Origin: a virus
Lineage: Duplodnaviria; Caudoviricetes
Direction: 5' to 3' (one strand)
DNA: 64,000 nt
IMG/VR virus record: IMGVR_UViG_3300033067_002581
Coordinates: 1-64,000 of that record
Each line of letters starts with the position of its first letter. Position 1 is the stretch's first letter. Of this stretch, positions 35,406 through 45,229 are shown piece after piece. The notes under the pieces are model-generated. The model was not told the DNA's origin, made no database searches, and saw nothing but the letters and a program-made list of their open reading frames with translations. The position numbers were made by a program, and so were the translations under genes.

Positions 35406-35966
35406 TCAACTGGTGGTGCGACGGCGAAGGTGGAAAATAGCTTCTTCTCTGGAGTCGCAAAATTGCTGTAGCATGTTCTCAACGCCAGGAGTTGCTGACC
35501 CTAATTCCTTCATGGAGCGAATCGCTAGCGCAGCTATTCGCAGCAGAAAGAACTCAGCCGCCAGTGACCGTTCCGCTAGCACGCTGACGGAACCAACTGT
35601 ATGAGGCGCGTACATCTCGCTGAGGATCTGCGCCATTCCATTAATCCTGTCGTGCACATCGACGCCGGCATCTGATCCAAGACCTACGATCTTCTCAGCG
35701 AGTGTGTCTATGTCCTCATTAAGCCCATCGTACAGCGTCTCAAAGAGCTTATGATCCGAGTAGTATGACTGGCTGCTCGCCGTCCAGTGATTCGTCCTGT
35801 GTAGCATTGCTACAGCCTCAGCGACCGTTAGCAGCACCGTCAGCTCAGCGTTCACGACGCCTGACCTGTCAGCCAGCATCTTCGCGAACGTCTCGCTTGG
35901 GTCCCTGCCGGCCAGTACTGCGTCAGCCGTCAGGCTCTCTCTGAGAGCTATTCTTCGTCTAATCAT
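35406..35966 (-). CDS. Dps/ferritin-like protein
   Basis: HRTNHW, DHKLFETLY, IDTLAEK. Confidence 0.8.
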   Translation of the reverse strand: MIRRRIALRESLTADAVLAGRDPSETFAKMLADRSGVVNAELTVLLTVAEAVAMLHRTNHWTASSQSYYSDHKLFETLYDGLNEDIDTLAEKIVGLGSDAGVDVHDRINGMAQILSEMYAPHTVGSVSVLAERSLAAEFFLLRIAALAIRSMKELGSATPGVENMLQQFCDSREEAIFHLRRRTTS

Positions 35967-35968
35967 GT

Positions 35969-36898
35969 TTAGTACTCATAGGATAGAAGCACGGTATCGG
36001 GCGATTCTACGCACCATTTCACTCTTGACGTCCCACGCAGGCTGGTCTCGACCTGCCTAGCGATCCTTCCAGCGATCGCTCTCTCGCTGTGACCGATTCT
36101 ATGCGTAAATGTTATTCGGCGCGGAGCGTCAATGACGACGCTGGCGTGCTCAGACAACATCCTCTGCTGGATCAGCTTTGGTAACCTCGCTGACTCGATG
36201 ACATAGTCATCCTCCTCAGGTGGTTCCGTGACCTCGTCATTTCGCGGTTCACACTCCTCATCCTCTAGCTCTCGCATAGCGGCGATTGATTCCTCGAGGC
36301 ATGAGAAGTCAGTGCAGTCCTGCATCTCAGCGAGGCGATGCTTCACAGCAGCTTTAAGTTTCTTGGCGTCTAGCGCGACGCCTGACGTGGCCCTGTACGA
36401 CCTGACGACGTCAGCGACAGCGACGCTGACCCAGTCACCGGATCTATCAGGGAAATCATTCACAAGGCGCTGAGCGATGCTATCATAATACTCGTCAGAG
36501 AGATCGACCAATGGTGCCGTGTCTGGCATTGTCTCTCCAACCTCTCTTAGGCGAGAGAGCGCTGCGGCTCGAACATTCTTTGATGGGTCATTCAGAGACT
36601 CTTGCAACTGTCTCCCGCGCGACAGGCGCGCGCACACGGCGCGCACCGCAGAGCTGTCGTGCTCCATCAGCGACTTTGGTACTGATTCTTTAAAGGAGAT
36701 GACCGCTTTAGGATCAGCTAGTTTGAACAGCTGAGACGCGTGCTCAGCGATGACGGTCGCTGGCAGCGAGATGTCAAGCTTTGGGATTAGTCTCTCAAGA
36801 GAGATGAAGAACTTAGCTTCAGATAGCGCCTGTTGTGCTTTCTTGATCACAGCACTAACTATTGACTTCCCACATACGCCTCCCACGAGGCGTGCCAC
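35969..36898 (-). CDS. Hypothetical protein (HEAT-like segment, several L/I-x-E motifs)
   Basis: LNDPSKNVRAAA. Confidence 0.55.
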   Translation of the reverse strand: MARLVGGVCGKSIVSAVIKKAQQALSEAKFFISLERLIPKLDISLPATVIAEHASQLFKLADPKAVISFKESVPKSLMEHDSSAVRAVCARLSRGRQLQESLNDPSKNVRAAALSRLREVGETMPDTAPLVDLSDEYYDSIAQRLVNDFPDRSGDWVSVAVADVVRSYRATSGVALDAKKLKAAVKHRLAEMQDCTDFSCLEESIAAMRELEDEECEPRNDEVTEPPEEDDYVIESARLPKLIQQRMLSEHASVVIDAPRRITFTHRIGHSERAIAGRIARQVETSLRGTSRVKWCVESPDTVLLSYEY

Positions 36899-37377
36899 CT
36901 GCCGTGAGCGTCCGCGCGCCAGACGTTAACGACTGACGGGTTCGCGGGTCTCTTTGCAAGCTGCATCCCTGCCTCAGCGAGCGACTTATGACCCTTGTTC
37001 TTATTGCAGCGAAGGCATGCTGTGACGCAGTTTGACCATGACGTCTTTCCTCCCTTGCACCTTGGGACGAGATGATCGACGGTAGCAGCGCGGCGCGTCA
37101 GCGTATCACCACAGTACTGACATCGCCACTCATCACGCTCAAACAGCGTCTTTCGCTGAAACTTTGGTGGTCTTGTTGCACGTGGAGCGCGAGCGAGCAA
37201 CCTGACCACGGCTGGCATTGCGATCTTGTTTCCACCGCCGTGACCGACGTGAACGTCATCCCACGTCGCCAGGGTCTCAACCTTGCTCTTTATCAAGAGA
37301 CGCATCACGCGCTTCTTACTCAAGAAGCAGAGTGGCTCATATGTACTGTTCACAAGAAGCGCGTGACTGTCATTCAT
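36859..37377 (-). CDS. HNH endonuclease (McrA-like)
   Basis: NSTYEPL, RDEWRCQYCG, TVDHLVP, GG, NCVTACLRCN. Confidence 0.92.
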   Translation of the reverse strand: MNDSHALLVNSTYEPLCFLSKKRVMRLLIKSKVETLATWDDVHVGHGGGNKIAMPAVVRLLARAPRATRPPKFQRKTLFERDEWRCQYCGDTLTRRAATVDHLVPRCKGGKTSWSNCVTACLRCNKNKGHKSLAEAGMQLAKRPANPSVVNVWRADAHGRWHASWEAYVGSQ

Positions 37378-37379
37378 GG

Positions 37380-38279
37380 TTAGAACTCTCTATCGTCTAA
37401 CTGCATCACAGTGAGACCGACCGAACGCCAGAAACGCACGACGTTCGGTCTGTCGTCTAACACAACAAGCACGTTAAACTTTTCGAAGATGTGTTTCTCA
37501 TATATGTCAGCCTTGACTGCGTCGTCAGAGCGCGAGTCGCCGACCGCGCGCATGAGAAGAACTCGATCTGTCGAAAACGGGTGCGCCGCTGCGAGGAACC
37601 TCTCTGTCGGCTCACGATACTCATCTGACCTGCCGCTGACGTACAGCGGTCTGACACCCTGAGAGACCAGCCCGGCGACGACAGCTCTGACAGCAGGACA
37701 CACGATATCGACTGTATCGCACGCGCTAGCGTTGTATGGACTCCTATCACCAATGACAGCAGCCGTCCCATCAAGATCTATTACAACAGCGTCAGGCAGC
37801 TTTGCATCGCTGAGCGCAACGCGTCTCTCAAACCTTGGATAATAGATCGTTGTCGTGTCATCTGGCCAGCCGCTCGCCCAGCCAGAGCGCTTCCACATCC
37901 TGCGAATGACACCCTCGCCAACCTGGTCACGCGGCGGGCGCTGCGAGTCCCTAATGACACACTCAGCGGGCCCCACACGCATGACTCGCGTGTGAAGCTT
38001 GACGTTTCCACACCGCTGAGCGATCTGCCTGTATACGTCTACGTCTCGCTCCTGAACGTGCGTGCAGTCAGCGACGACGCTGTTACCTCGCATGATCGCG
38101 TCTTTGACCAGCGAAACATGCATGGCGTGAACAGTGCCCTCGCTGTCACCAGACCTGACACCGAGCATCGTCCTGATGTCATCCTTGCACACGCGAACCA
38201 CTCCACCTGACGCTATCTCTCGCGAGAGCGTGGACTTACCGCTGCCAGGTAGGCCACGAAGCACAAACAGGTCCATCAT
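37380..38279 (-). CDS. pseT: Polynucleotide kinase/3'-phosphatase (T4 PseT-like)
   Basis: GLPGSGKST kinase; DLDGT, SGR, DDRPNVV HAD phosphatase. Confidence 0.92.
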   Translation of the reverse strand: MMDLFVLRGLPGSGKSTLSREIASGGVVRVCKDDIRTMLGVRSGDSEGTVHAMHVSLVKDAIMRGNSVVADCTHVQERDVDVYRQIAQRCGNVKLHTRVMRVGPAECVIRDSQRPPRDQVGEGVIRRMWKRSGWASGWPDDTTTIYYPRFERRVALSDAKLPDAVVIDLDGTAAVIGDRSPYNASACDTVDIVCPAVRAVVAGLVSQGVRPLYVSGRSDEYREPTERFLAAAHPFSTDRVLLMRAVGDSRSDDAVKADIYEKHIFEKFNVLVVLDDRPNVVRFWRSVGLTVMQLDDREF

Positions 38280-38974
38280 CAGCGAACCTCCAGAGGTTCT
38301 GAACAGCCGCTCCTCCAGACCCACGCATCACAGTTTGATGGGTTCTGGACTTTTACGCACTCGCTCGGAGTCATCGAACCCAGCAGGGCTCGCAGCGCTC
38401 GCATCGCGCCTCCGTGTGTGAATAGGAGTATCGCATCAGTGCCCGGCATCTGATTAGAGACATCAGACAGGAAGTGAGCGAGTCTCGCTGACACGTCAGC
38501 CAGCGACTCGCCGCCAGGCGGTCTGAAAAAGAAATCTCCCTGCATGAGGGTCCTGTTCCTGTCAGCGAACGGATAGTGACGCTCTAGCTCACTATGACGC
38601 ATGTCATAGACGTACCCAGCGTCACGCTCCCTGACCCTTATATCAACGTGCCGCTCTAGCATGAAGAGATCATTCACACTGCGTGTCGATATGTCACATG
38701 TCTGCACGCAGCGCTTATACCCGCTAGAGAAGACGGTGAATCGCTTGCTCACCGTTCTGTCAAGCGCCGCGGCGTCCGCTATGTCAGACCACCTGTCTCT
38801 GAGACGTATCGACTGCTTCTCACCGAGTGGCGAGAGCTGCATCTCCCAGTCTGGGACCGCGGCGGCGCCATCCCTGACGTTCTCCTCAGAGAGGGCCGCG
38901 CCGCCACGTTTTATTGAGTTTCTATGTGATTCGCCGTGCCTGACGGCGACGATGGTTGGGTGCCTGAGCCACAT
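38279..38974 (-). CDS. Histidine phosphatase (phosphoglycerate mutase family)
   Basis: VRHGES, RCVQT, PGGES, THGG. Confidence 0.92.
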   Translation of the reverse strand: MWLRHPTIVAVRHGESHRNSIKRGGAALSEENVRDGAAAVPDWEMQLSPLGEKQSIRLRDRWSDIADAAALDRTVSKRFTVFSSGYKRCVQTCDISTRSVNDLFMLERHVDIRVRERDAGYVYDMRHSELERHYPFADRNRTLMQGDFFFRPPGGESLADVSARLAHFLSDVSNQMPGTDAILLFTHGGAMRALRALLGSMTPSECVKVQNPSNCDAWVWRSGCSEPLEVR

Positions 38975-38980
38975 GCGACT

Positions 38981-39009
38981 ATCATAAACTAAGCCGCATG
39001 AATTTACTC
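38981..39009 (-). promoter_or_regulatory. Putative promoter GAGTAA-17-TATGAT, leaderless
   Basis: ATG 6 nt downstream. Confidence 0.5.
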
Positions 39010-39343
39010 AGCTGATAGCGATATCAAAACTCTCGATCGCTTTGAGCGGGATCTTGACAGTCAGGACGCCATCAGCGAGAGCCGCTGATGTTTTTTCTGC
39101 GATAAGATTCGACGCAAGTTTGAATTCGATCGACCTAGACTTACCAGCTCTTGTCGCAACAAGTTTCATGTTTCTGTCGACGACCTGAAGCTTGATGTCC
39201 TCGCGCCTGACGCCAGGTAAATCAAACTCAATAGACAACGCATCATCAGTCTGTGATACATGATGAGTGATCGACTGAGGACTCGATCGCATGATATCAG
39301 CGAAGAGCGAGTCAATAGGTGACATGTTAGCAGACGTCCACAT
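39008..39343 (-). CDS. Small heat shock protein (Hsp20)
   Basis: DLPGVRREDI, ALADGVLTVKIP; AAGGAGG SD. Confidence 0.9.
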   Translation of the reverse strand: MWTSANMSPIDSLFADIMRSSPQSITHHVSQTDDALSIEFDLPGVRREDIKLQVVDRNMKLVATRAGKSRSIEFKLASNLIAEKTSAALADGVLTVKIPLKAIESFDIAIS

Positions 39344-39407
39344 TACGTAGCCTCCTTTGCTTGATCGTCAATATAAACACATCTTGACGTGTGTAAAGGC
39401 CTAACGA

Positions 39408-39782
39408 TCAATAACCGCTATTGATGCGTCTCTCGTTTATGAGACCTTTTTCGATGTAAACGTCATAGAGCTCATCATCTGTGACGCCTGACACGATACA
39501 CAGTTCAAAGAAGAAGTGCAACACGTCTACGAGCTCCTCGAGGTATTGACGCCTGTCAAACTCGCGAACCTCAGTCGCTCTGTGCTGTTTAGAGTTTTTC
39601 AGGTGCTGCAGCGCCTCGTGCAACTCGTCCATCGCATCATGAGCGATGTCCTTACATAGCTTCTGACCAGGCTTTGACAGGATGTCTACAGGAAACTCTG
39701 GAAAATTCCTGCGATCGCGCAGGAGATTCATGAAGTCTCTCTGCTGCGCGAACATCGCTCTCAGATCACGCGCTTCACTCAT
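39408..39782 (-). CDS. All-alpha (MazG/dUTPase_2-like) dNTP pyrophosphatase, possible dCTPase
   Basis: DELHEA, LEELVDVLHFF, YIEKGLINERR. Confidence 0.8.
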   Translation of the reverse strand: MSEARDLRAMFAQQRDFMNLLRDRRNFPEFPVDILSKPGQKLCKDIAHDAMDELHEALQHLKNSKQHRATEVREFDRRQYLEELVDVLHFFFELCIVSGVTDDELYDVYIEKGLINERRINSGY

Positions 39783-40008
39783 TATTCATCTTCTCTAGAT
39801 CAGCGAGCATCTTATCGTGATGCGCCTTCACGACGTCAAGGTACCCATCCGCCAGAGCTACGAACTGGCCGTCAACCTTCAAGTCGATCGCTCTCAGCAC
39901 GTCCGTCACATCCGTTCCGGATAGCAGTGCCTCCTGCAACGCCTGCGCGATCCGCGCGATCACAGAATCATGTAACCTAAGTGCCGTCTTTTCACTTGTC
40001 ATAAACAC
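39775..40008 (-). CDS. Hypothetical protein
   Basis: GAGGAG upstream; coupled. Confidence 0.6.
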   Translation of the reverse strand: MFMTSEKTALRLHDSVIARIAQALQEALLSGTDVTDVLRAIDLKVDGQFVALADGYLDVVKAHHDKMLADLEKMNNE

Positions 40009-40017
40009 TCCTCTCGT

Positions 40018-40614
40018 TCAAAGCCTTATGTTTCTTTTTCTTGCAGCGATCGCGATGGCCTGCCTCACTCGATCGCTGACCTGCTCAACGCTGCCATTGG
40101 CGTCAACGTTGATCACGCTGATCCCGTCACACGCTTCGCGATACAGCTGCGATGCACGTCGCTGGAGGCTTTCGTCTGACTCGTATGCATCGCGAGACTC
40201 GTCTCTCTGATGCTGCGAGTCTCGCGAGAGAACGACAGTGACGTCCGGTTTGATCAGCAGGGATCCTAACCACTCGCAGAACGACTTTGACAGGCCGCTG
40301 GCCTGCCCATAGACGACACTCGAGAGGTGCCACCGATCGAATATCACGACGCAGTCAGGCATCGTCGTCATGATCGCTATCTGACAAGATAACTTGTTTA
40401 GCATGTGAATGAGCTGAAACAGCCTGGGCCAGCGTTTCGCCGAGCCAGACTCTAGCATCGAGTATATCACGCGATATGTGAACGTCATCTCCCACGGGAC
40501 TTCTACGACGATCGCTGGGATGCCCCGCATCAGCAACTCGCGACGCAAAGCCTCTGACTGAGTCGCCTTGCCTGTCATGTCACAACCTTCGATCGCTACC
40601 CAGAACTTCTCCAT
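40018..40614 (-). CDS. tmk: Thymidylate kinase
   Basis: IEGCDMTGKATQ, FDRWHLSSVVYG, KPD. Confidence 0.88.
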   Translation of the reverse strand: MEKFWVAIEGCDMTGKATQSEALRRELLMRGIPAIVVEVPWEMTFTYRVIYSMLESGSAKRWPRLFQLIHMLNKLSCQIAIMTTMPDCVVIFDRWHLSSVVYGQASGLSKSFCEWLGSLLIKPDVTVVLSRDSQHQRDESRDAYESDESLQRRASQLYREACDGISVINVDANGSVEQVSDRVRQAIAIAARKRNIRL

Positions 40615-40637
40615 AAGAGGTCTCCTTGTGTGGCGTG

Positions 40638-41213
40638 TTAAGCAGCTGCAAGCGCGACAAGCGCGTCTCGTATGTCACAAGCGTCCAGCTCGTCACCAGT
40701 GCACACCCAGTCGGGCCTGTCACGCCTGGCGAACATCTCGAGCTTTGGCGAGCCTGGGAACATCAGGTCTAGCGAGTCCTGCAGGCCCTCAGGCTTCCTC
40801 GAGTGACCCTCGTTGACAGCCAGACATACAGACCTCTGACCGTGATCCATGACGGCGCTCGAGACCTTCCCGATGACTCCTGTGATCGCTATCTCGTGAG
40901 ACTGCCTAAACGTGTGACCCATCCCTATCGCTGGTCTCTGCATGTCCTTTCGCATCTTGACCCACACATACGTGCCCTTGAAATCAAAACCCCAACACCG
41001 CATGACGCGGAGGCCGTCCTCTAGCATCGTGCTCGGCACCCACATCACAAGCATGCATGACTCCGCGTCAGCTACGTCTCTGACAGGCAGCGCACATATG
41101 TCATCAAGCGATAGCGTCCTGTAGTTGTCGTCAGCTGACCTTGGCGTCGAACTCATCTGAAGCTTATCAGAGAAACTCCATGGTGGATCAGCGACTATCA
41201 CCCTAAATCTCAT
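40638..41213 (-). CDS. MT-A70 family N6-adenine methyltransferase
   Basis: ADPPW, WGF, WVK, GMGH, HSRKP, LEMFAR. Confidence 0.92.
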   Translation of the reverse strand: MRFRVIVADPPWSFSDKLQMSSTPRSADDNYRTLSLDDICALPVRDVADAESCMLVMWVPSTMLEDGLRVMRCWGFDFKGTYVWVKMRKDMQRPAIGMGHTFRQSHEIAITGVIGKVSSAVMDHGQRSVCLAVNEGHSRKPEGLQDSLDLMFPGSPKLEMFARRDRPDWVCTGDELDACDIRDALVALAAA

Positions 41214-41368
41214 CTAGCGTCTCCGATCGCGATCGCTGTCATCGCTGCGGCGATCGCCGCAGCGATGAATCCCCACGCGATGATAAAGCGTTTGAACGGC
41301 GAGTGAAGCCCATCATCGCAATCGCACTCGCACATCGTCTCTATTTGCGGTCCTTTAGGTTTCATCAT
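41210..41368 (-). CDS. 52-aa membrane peptide
   Basis: Translated by hand; ATGA overlaps at both ends; hydrophobic FIIAWGFIAAAIAAAMTAIAI. Confidence 0.6.
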   Translation of the reverse strand: MMKPKGPQIETMCECDCDDGLHSPFKRFIIAWGFIAAAIAAAMTAIAIGDAR

Positions 41369-43812
41369 CCACACTTAGACGCACCGCAGTTTGAGCAGGT
41401 GACGCAGCCGCCCTGGTACACGAGTGACTTCATCTTGCACTCATCACACTCAGAGTCAACCTTCGTGCCGTCTGAGACATATGACTTTATTGTCCTCGCG
41501 ACGCAGGATGCAAACGATCCTATATCACTCCTCTTGTCCTTTTTCAACTGCTCAGCGAGCTCAGCAAGAGAGCATCCCTGGCGAAGCAGCAGTGACGCGA
41601 GGCGAGTTAACGCGCCATGGCTCGGATTCTCAAACAGCGCCACGATATCTCTAAAGATCAGCGGCTCGTCATCTGGGTGGCGTCGCAGCTCCACGTCATA
41701 TGTCGCCACACCATTCACTCGCTTGCTCTTGATGATCTCACCATGCTTGTACGAGCGTGGGATGTCGATCTTGTCTAACGAGCCAGCGAAGATCTCGTAT
41801 GGCTTGTTCTCTAGCTTCCCGACAAGGACGATGTGAGGCTCGCCACGCACAGACACTCTGTGAACGTCACATGGCAGAGATTTTGGTCTGTCGCGTGAAG
41901 CCTTGTGACGCGCGGCGTCACCGTCGCTGACCATCACACCTGCTCGCGAACCATCACGATAGACAGTCACGCCCTTGCATCCAAGCTTCCACGCCTCAAG
42001 GTAGACGAGCTCGACGTCTTCGATCGTAGCGTTTGAAGGCATGTTGACAGTCTTCGAGATCCCGTGACATATCCAGCGCTGCGCAGCTGCTTGCATCTTG
42101 ACAGACGCGAAGCAATCGACCTCAGCCGCAGCAGAACCCCAGTATGGTGATTCCCTGACGTCAGACTTACCTGTGACGGCTCTCCACCTGACGATGCCTG
42201 GGTGCTCTATCTTGTATTCTTTCCACTTGTCTCCAAGCTCATCGACGAAGTCAGCTGGGACGTCTCCGTCCTCAGACGTGAGCTTCCGTCGCCTGACGTA
42301 ATCATAGAGATACATCGGATCGACGCCGTTAGTGCACCGGGCCTCGATCGACGTAGATCCTGCTGGTGAATTCATCGTCATCGCGATGTTGCGCCTGCCG
42401 GTCGCGGCGTGCATGACCCTGTGCTTCTCATCGCACATGCTGAGCATCATCGAGATGAATGGGTGATCTCGCTCGACGACTGGATCCCACGCTGGGAACG
42501 CGCCTCTCTCAGCCGCCAGCTCACATGACGATTCCCACGCAGCCACGCATAGCGTCCTGTATAGATCGGACGTCGAGTTGACAGCCTCGTCTGACCCGTA
42601 CTTCTGACCGAGCATCGCGATCGCGTCAGCGAGCGCCGTGGCGCCGAGACCGGTCCTGCGCCCCCTGACTGCCTTGTCCCTGATCTTCTCCCACAGGAGT
42701 CGCTCTCTGCGTTTTACGTCATCAGCTTCAGGATCTGACGCGATCTTTTTCAGGATCTTGTCGATCGTCTCTATCTCGAGGTCGATCAGATCGTCCATCA
42801 GGCGCTGCGCGAGACGAACGTCTCTTTTTAGAGACTCATGATCGATGCGCGCGTCAGACGTGAAAGCATTCACGATATACGCGATAAAGTTCATGAGCAT
42901 CAGCCTACACGAGTCATACGGAGGCATCGGCAGCTCAGAGCACGGATTGGTGCTCACTGACACGAATTCAACGTACGCATCAGCTGGAGACATCCTCCTG
43001 ATCGTGTCCCAGAACAGCATACCTGGCTCAGCACACTTATGCGCTGATGACACTATCTCGCGCCAGACCTTTCTAGCGCTTGTCATGACGGAGATCGCTG
43101 GTGTTGCTGAATCGATTGGCCATCTCTGCTCGTAATCAGAATCGCTGACGACGGCGTTCATGAACGCGTCTGTCAGGCGAACTGACACGTTGGCACCTGT
43201 CACTCGCTTCAGGTCCTGCTTGACGCGTATGAACGTCATGATCTCTGGGTGATGCACGGAGCATGTCAGCATAAGCGCGCCGCGGCGGCCGTCCTGCGCG
43301 ACCTCGCGACAGGTGTTCGAATACCGCTCCATGAAGACAGCGATGCCGTCAGTCGTCCTGGCTGCGTTTTTCGTCACCGTTCCTTTCGGTCTGATCGTCG
43401 AGACATCGAGCCCGACGCCGCCGCGGCGTTTCATGATCTGCGCTATCTCTTCATCAGCTCTGAAGATGCCACCGTATGAATCCTCAGGAGATGAGACGAC
43501 AAAACAATTTGACAGGCTCTGCACCTGCGTCTCATTGCCGATTGCGGCCTGCGGTGACCCTTGCGGGATGACGCGCTCAAAGTTTTTCAGCAGATCGTAT
43601 ATGACCTGCTCTGACATCGGATTAACGTATTTCGCCTCAATCCTTGCGAACTCTCTCGCTAACCGGCGATGCATGTCATCAGGCGTCAGCTCCAGCAGCT
43701 GACCATTCTCAGTTGAGAGAGCGTATTTCGTGACAAAGACGTCAGCCGCCAGATGATCACCCGTAAAATATGCATTTGAGGCTTCAAGCGCCTGCTGCTG
43801 CGTGTAGCTCAC
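41365..43812 (-). CDS. nrdJ: Class II (B12-dependent) ribonucleotide reductase
   Basis: SLSNCFV, RRGALML, TNPCSE, RRTGLG, ISKTVN, TVYRDGSR, C-terminal Cys ribbon. Confidence 0.93.
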   Translation of the reverse strand: MSYTQQQALEASNAYFTGDHLAADVFVTKYALSTENGQLLELTPDDMHRRLAREFARIEAKYVNPMSEQVIYDLLKNFERVIPQGSPQAAIGNETQVQSLSNCFVVSSPEDSYGGIFRADEEIAQIMKRRGGVGLDVSTIRPKGTVTKNAARTTDGIAVFMERYSNTCREVAQDGRRGALMLTCSVHHPEIMTFIRVKQDLKRVTGANVSVRLTDAFMNAVVSDSDYEQRWPIDSATPAISVMTSARKVWREIVSSAHKCAEPGMLFWDTIRRMSPADAYVEFVSVSTNPCSELPMPPYDSCRLMLMNFIAYIVNAFTSDARIDHESLKRDVRLAQRLMDDLIDLEIETIDKILKKIASDPEADDVKRRERLLWEKIRDKAVRGRRTGLGATALADAIAMLGQKYGSDEAVNSTSDLYRTLCVAAWESSCELAAERGAFPAWDPVVERDHPFISMMLSMCDEKHRVMHAATGRRNIAMTMNSPAGSTSIEARCTNGVDPMYLYDYVRRRKLTSEDGDVPADFVDELGDKWKEYKIEHPGIVRWRAVTGKSDVRESPYWGSAAAEVDCFASVKMQAAAQRWICHGISKTVNMPSNATIEDVELVYLEAWKLGCKGVTVYRDGSRAGVMVSDGDAARHKASRDRPKSLPCDVHRVSVRGEPHIVLVGKLENKPYEIFAGSLDKIDIPRSYKHGEIIKSKRVNGVATYDVELRRHPDDEPLIFRDIVALFENPSHGALTRLASLLLRQGCSLAELAEQLKKDKRSDIGSFASCVARTIKSYVSDGTKVDSECDECKMKSLVYQGGCVTCSNCGASKCG

Positions 43813-45229
43813 CGTTCACACCCCTCAGCTCCTCTTCATCGCGGAGCTCTTTCATTCTTGTTCTGAGCCTGCTGCGAAGCGATTCATCATCGTCATCACC
43901 ATGAAACCTATTCGATGGTGTAGAGCGCGCCTCCTCAGCAGGAGTGTCAAGCAACACAAACGTTGATCGCGCCGTATTGACGCGCAACCCATATAACATG
44001 CCATCTCTACCTGCGCGATTCTTTGCAACAAAGAGGCGCCCAACCCCTAGAGATTTCTCATGTGACTTACGAGACAGTGACAAGACAACGTCAGCCTCCA
44101 TCGCCTTGCTATATGCCTCAGACATATTGCTCAGGTCTACGACTTCAGCAGACGCGCCTTCCTTATTGCTCTGACTCGCTGTCCATATCGGGACGTCTAT
44201 CTCAGACGCATAGGCCCTGAGCTCTTGATATATCAACTGAAGCTCAAAGCGCTTAGCATCATACTGACGTGTGGAGCGCATGATGTCAGCGTAGTCGACG
44301 ACTATCAGATCCGGTTTGAACCCACGAGCGTTTAGCTTCTCAACGTGAGACCTGATGTTGTTGATCGTAGCCCAGCACGTCGGAAACTCCTTGATGAAGA
44401 GCCTTCCGAGTCTCATCTCTTTGTATTTCGCTAAGACGTCCGCTTTTCGCTCATGAACGTCATCACTGTCTATGTCACACAGGTTCGAGTCATATCTCAG
44501 ACCGACGAGCGACTCAGACATCTCAAGCGTGTAATGTATGACATTCTTTCCCTCACGCATTGCGTTAGAGCCAAGCATCGTAAGGAAATGTGACTTACCG
44601 ACACCAGTCGGCGCGACGATGACACCTAGCTCGCCACGACCCAGACCACCATTAAGCACGCCCTTTCCGTCAATCTTTGGCAACCCAGTGATCACTGGGT
44701 TCCTGTTTCGCTTGACGAACCTTGCGTCTGGCTCATTCAGAAAGTCGTGCCCAATCGTCGACGTAGCGCCGAGCGCGACAGCCTTCTTTATGATCTCAGA
44801 GACTGACTCGTATGAGTCAGTGGCCATCAGATCGATTGACTGCTCTATGGCGACCTTCAGCGCCTGTTTTCTGCAGAATTCGAGCGATTTGTCCTTGACG
44901 TACGGGAGATCACCAAGCTCATCATCTGAACGAATCTTTGTCAGAAACTCGACTATCTGTCCCTGGAGCGTCTCATCAGCGGAGTGCCTCAGCTCGTCCT
45001 TTACGATCGCCACGAGTATCTGGAACGTCGGAAACGCTCGGTATTTTTTCGCGTAATCAAAGCATAGCTGCGTCAGCAGCGCGAGGTACTTCAGATCAAA
45101 GTATGACGGTTGCAACACCTCAGCGATCTGCTCAGCCCACTTGTGATCTAGCAGAAGAGCTTGGACGACGCGCTCCTGAAACGTCTTTCCATACCTTGAC
45201 AGAGAATCAGGCATCACGTTATCATGCAT
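43784..45229 (-). CDS. Replicative helicase (DnaB/gp41-like)
   Basis: APTGVGKS, YTLEM, VDYAD, TASQ, KNRAG. Confidence 0.93.
   Translation of the reverse strand: MHDNVMPDSLSRYGKTFQERVVQALLLDHKWAEQIAEVLQPSYFDLKYLALLTQLCFDYAKKYRAFPTFQILVAIVKDELRHSADETLQGQIVEFLTKIRSDDELGDLPYVKDKSLEFCRKQALKVAIEQSIDLMATDSYESVSEIIKKAVALGATSTIGHDFLNEPDARFVKRNRNPVITGLPKIDGKGVLNGGLGRGELGVIVAPTGVGKSHFLTMLGSNAMREGKNVIHYTLEMSESLVGLRYDSNLCDIDSDDVHERKADVLAKYKEMRLGRLFIKEFPTCWATINNIRSHVEKLNARGFKPDLIVVDYADIMRSTRQYDAKRFELQLIYQELRAYASEIDVPIWTASQSNKEGASAEVVDLSNMSEAYSKAMEADVVLSLSRKSHEKSLGVGRLFVAKNRAGRDGMLYGLRVNTARSTFVLLDTPAEEARSTPSNRFHGDDDDESLRSRLRTRMKELRDEEELRGVNGELHAAAGA

Noticed and set aside
36859-37377. HNH protein as the homing endonuclease responsible for the dnaE split
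   Set aside because: It lies 7 kb away, is McrA-type and shows no link to the split site.
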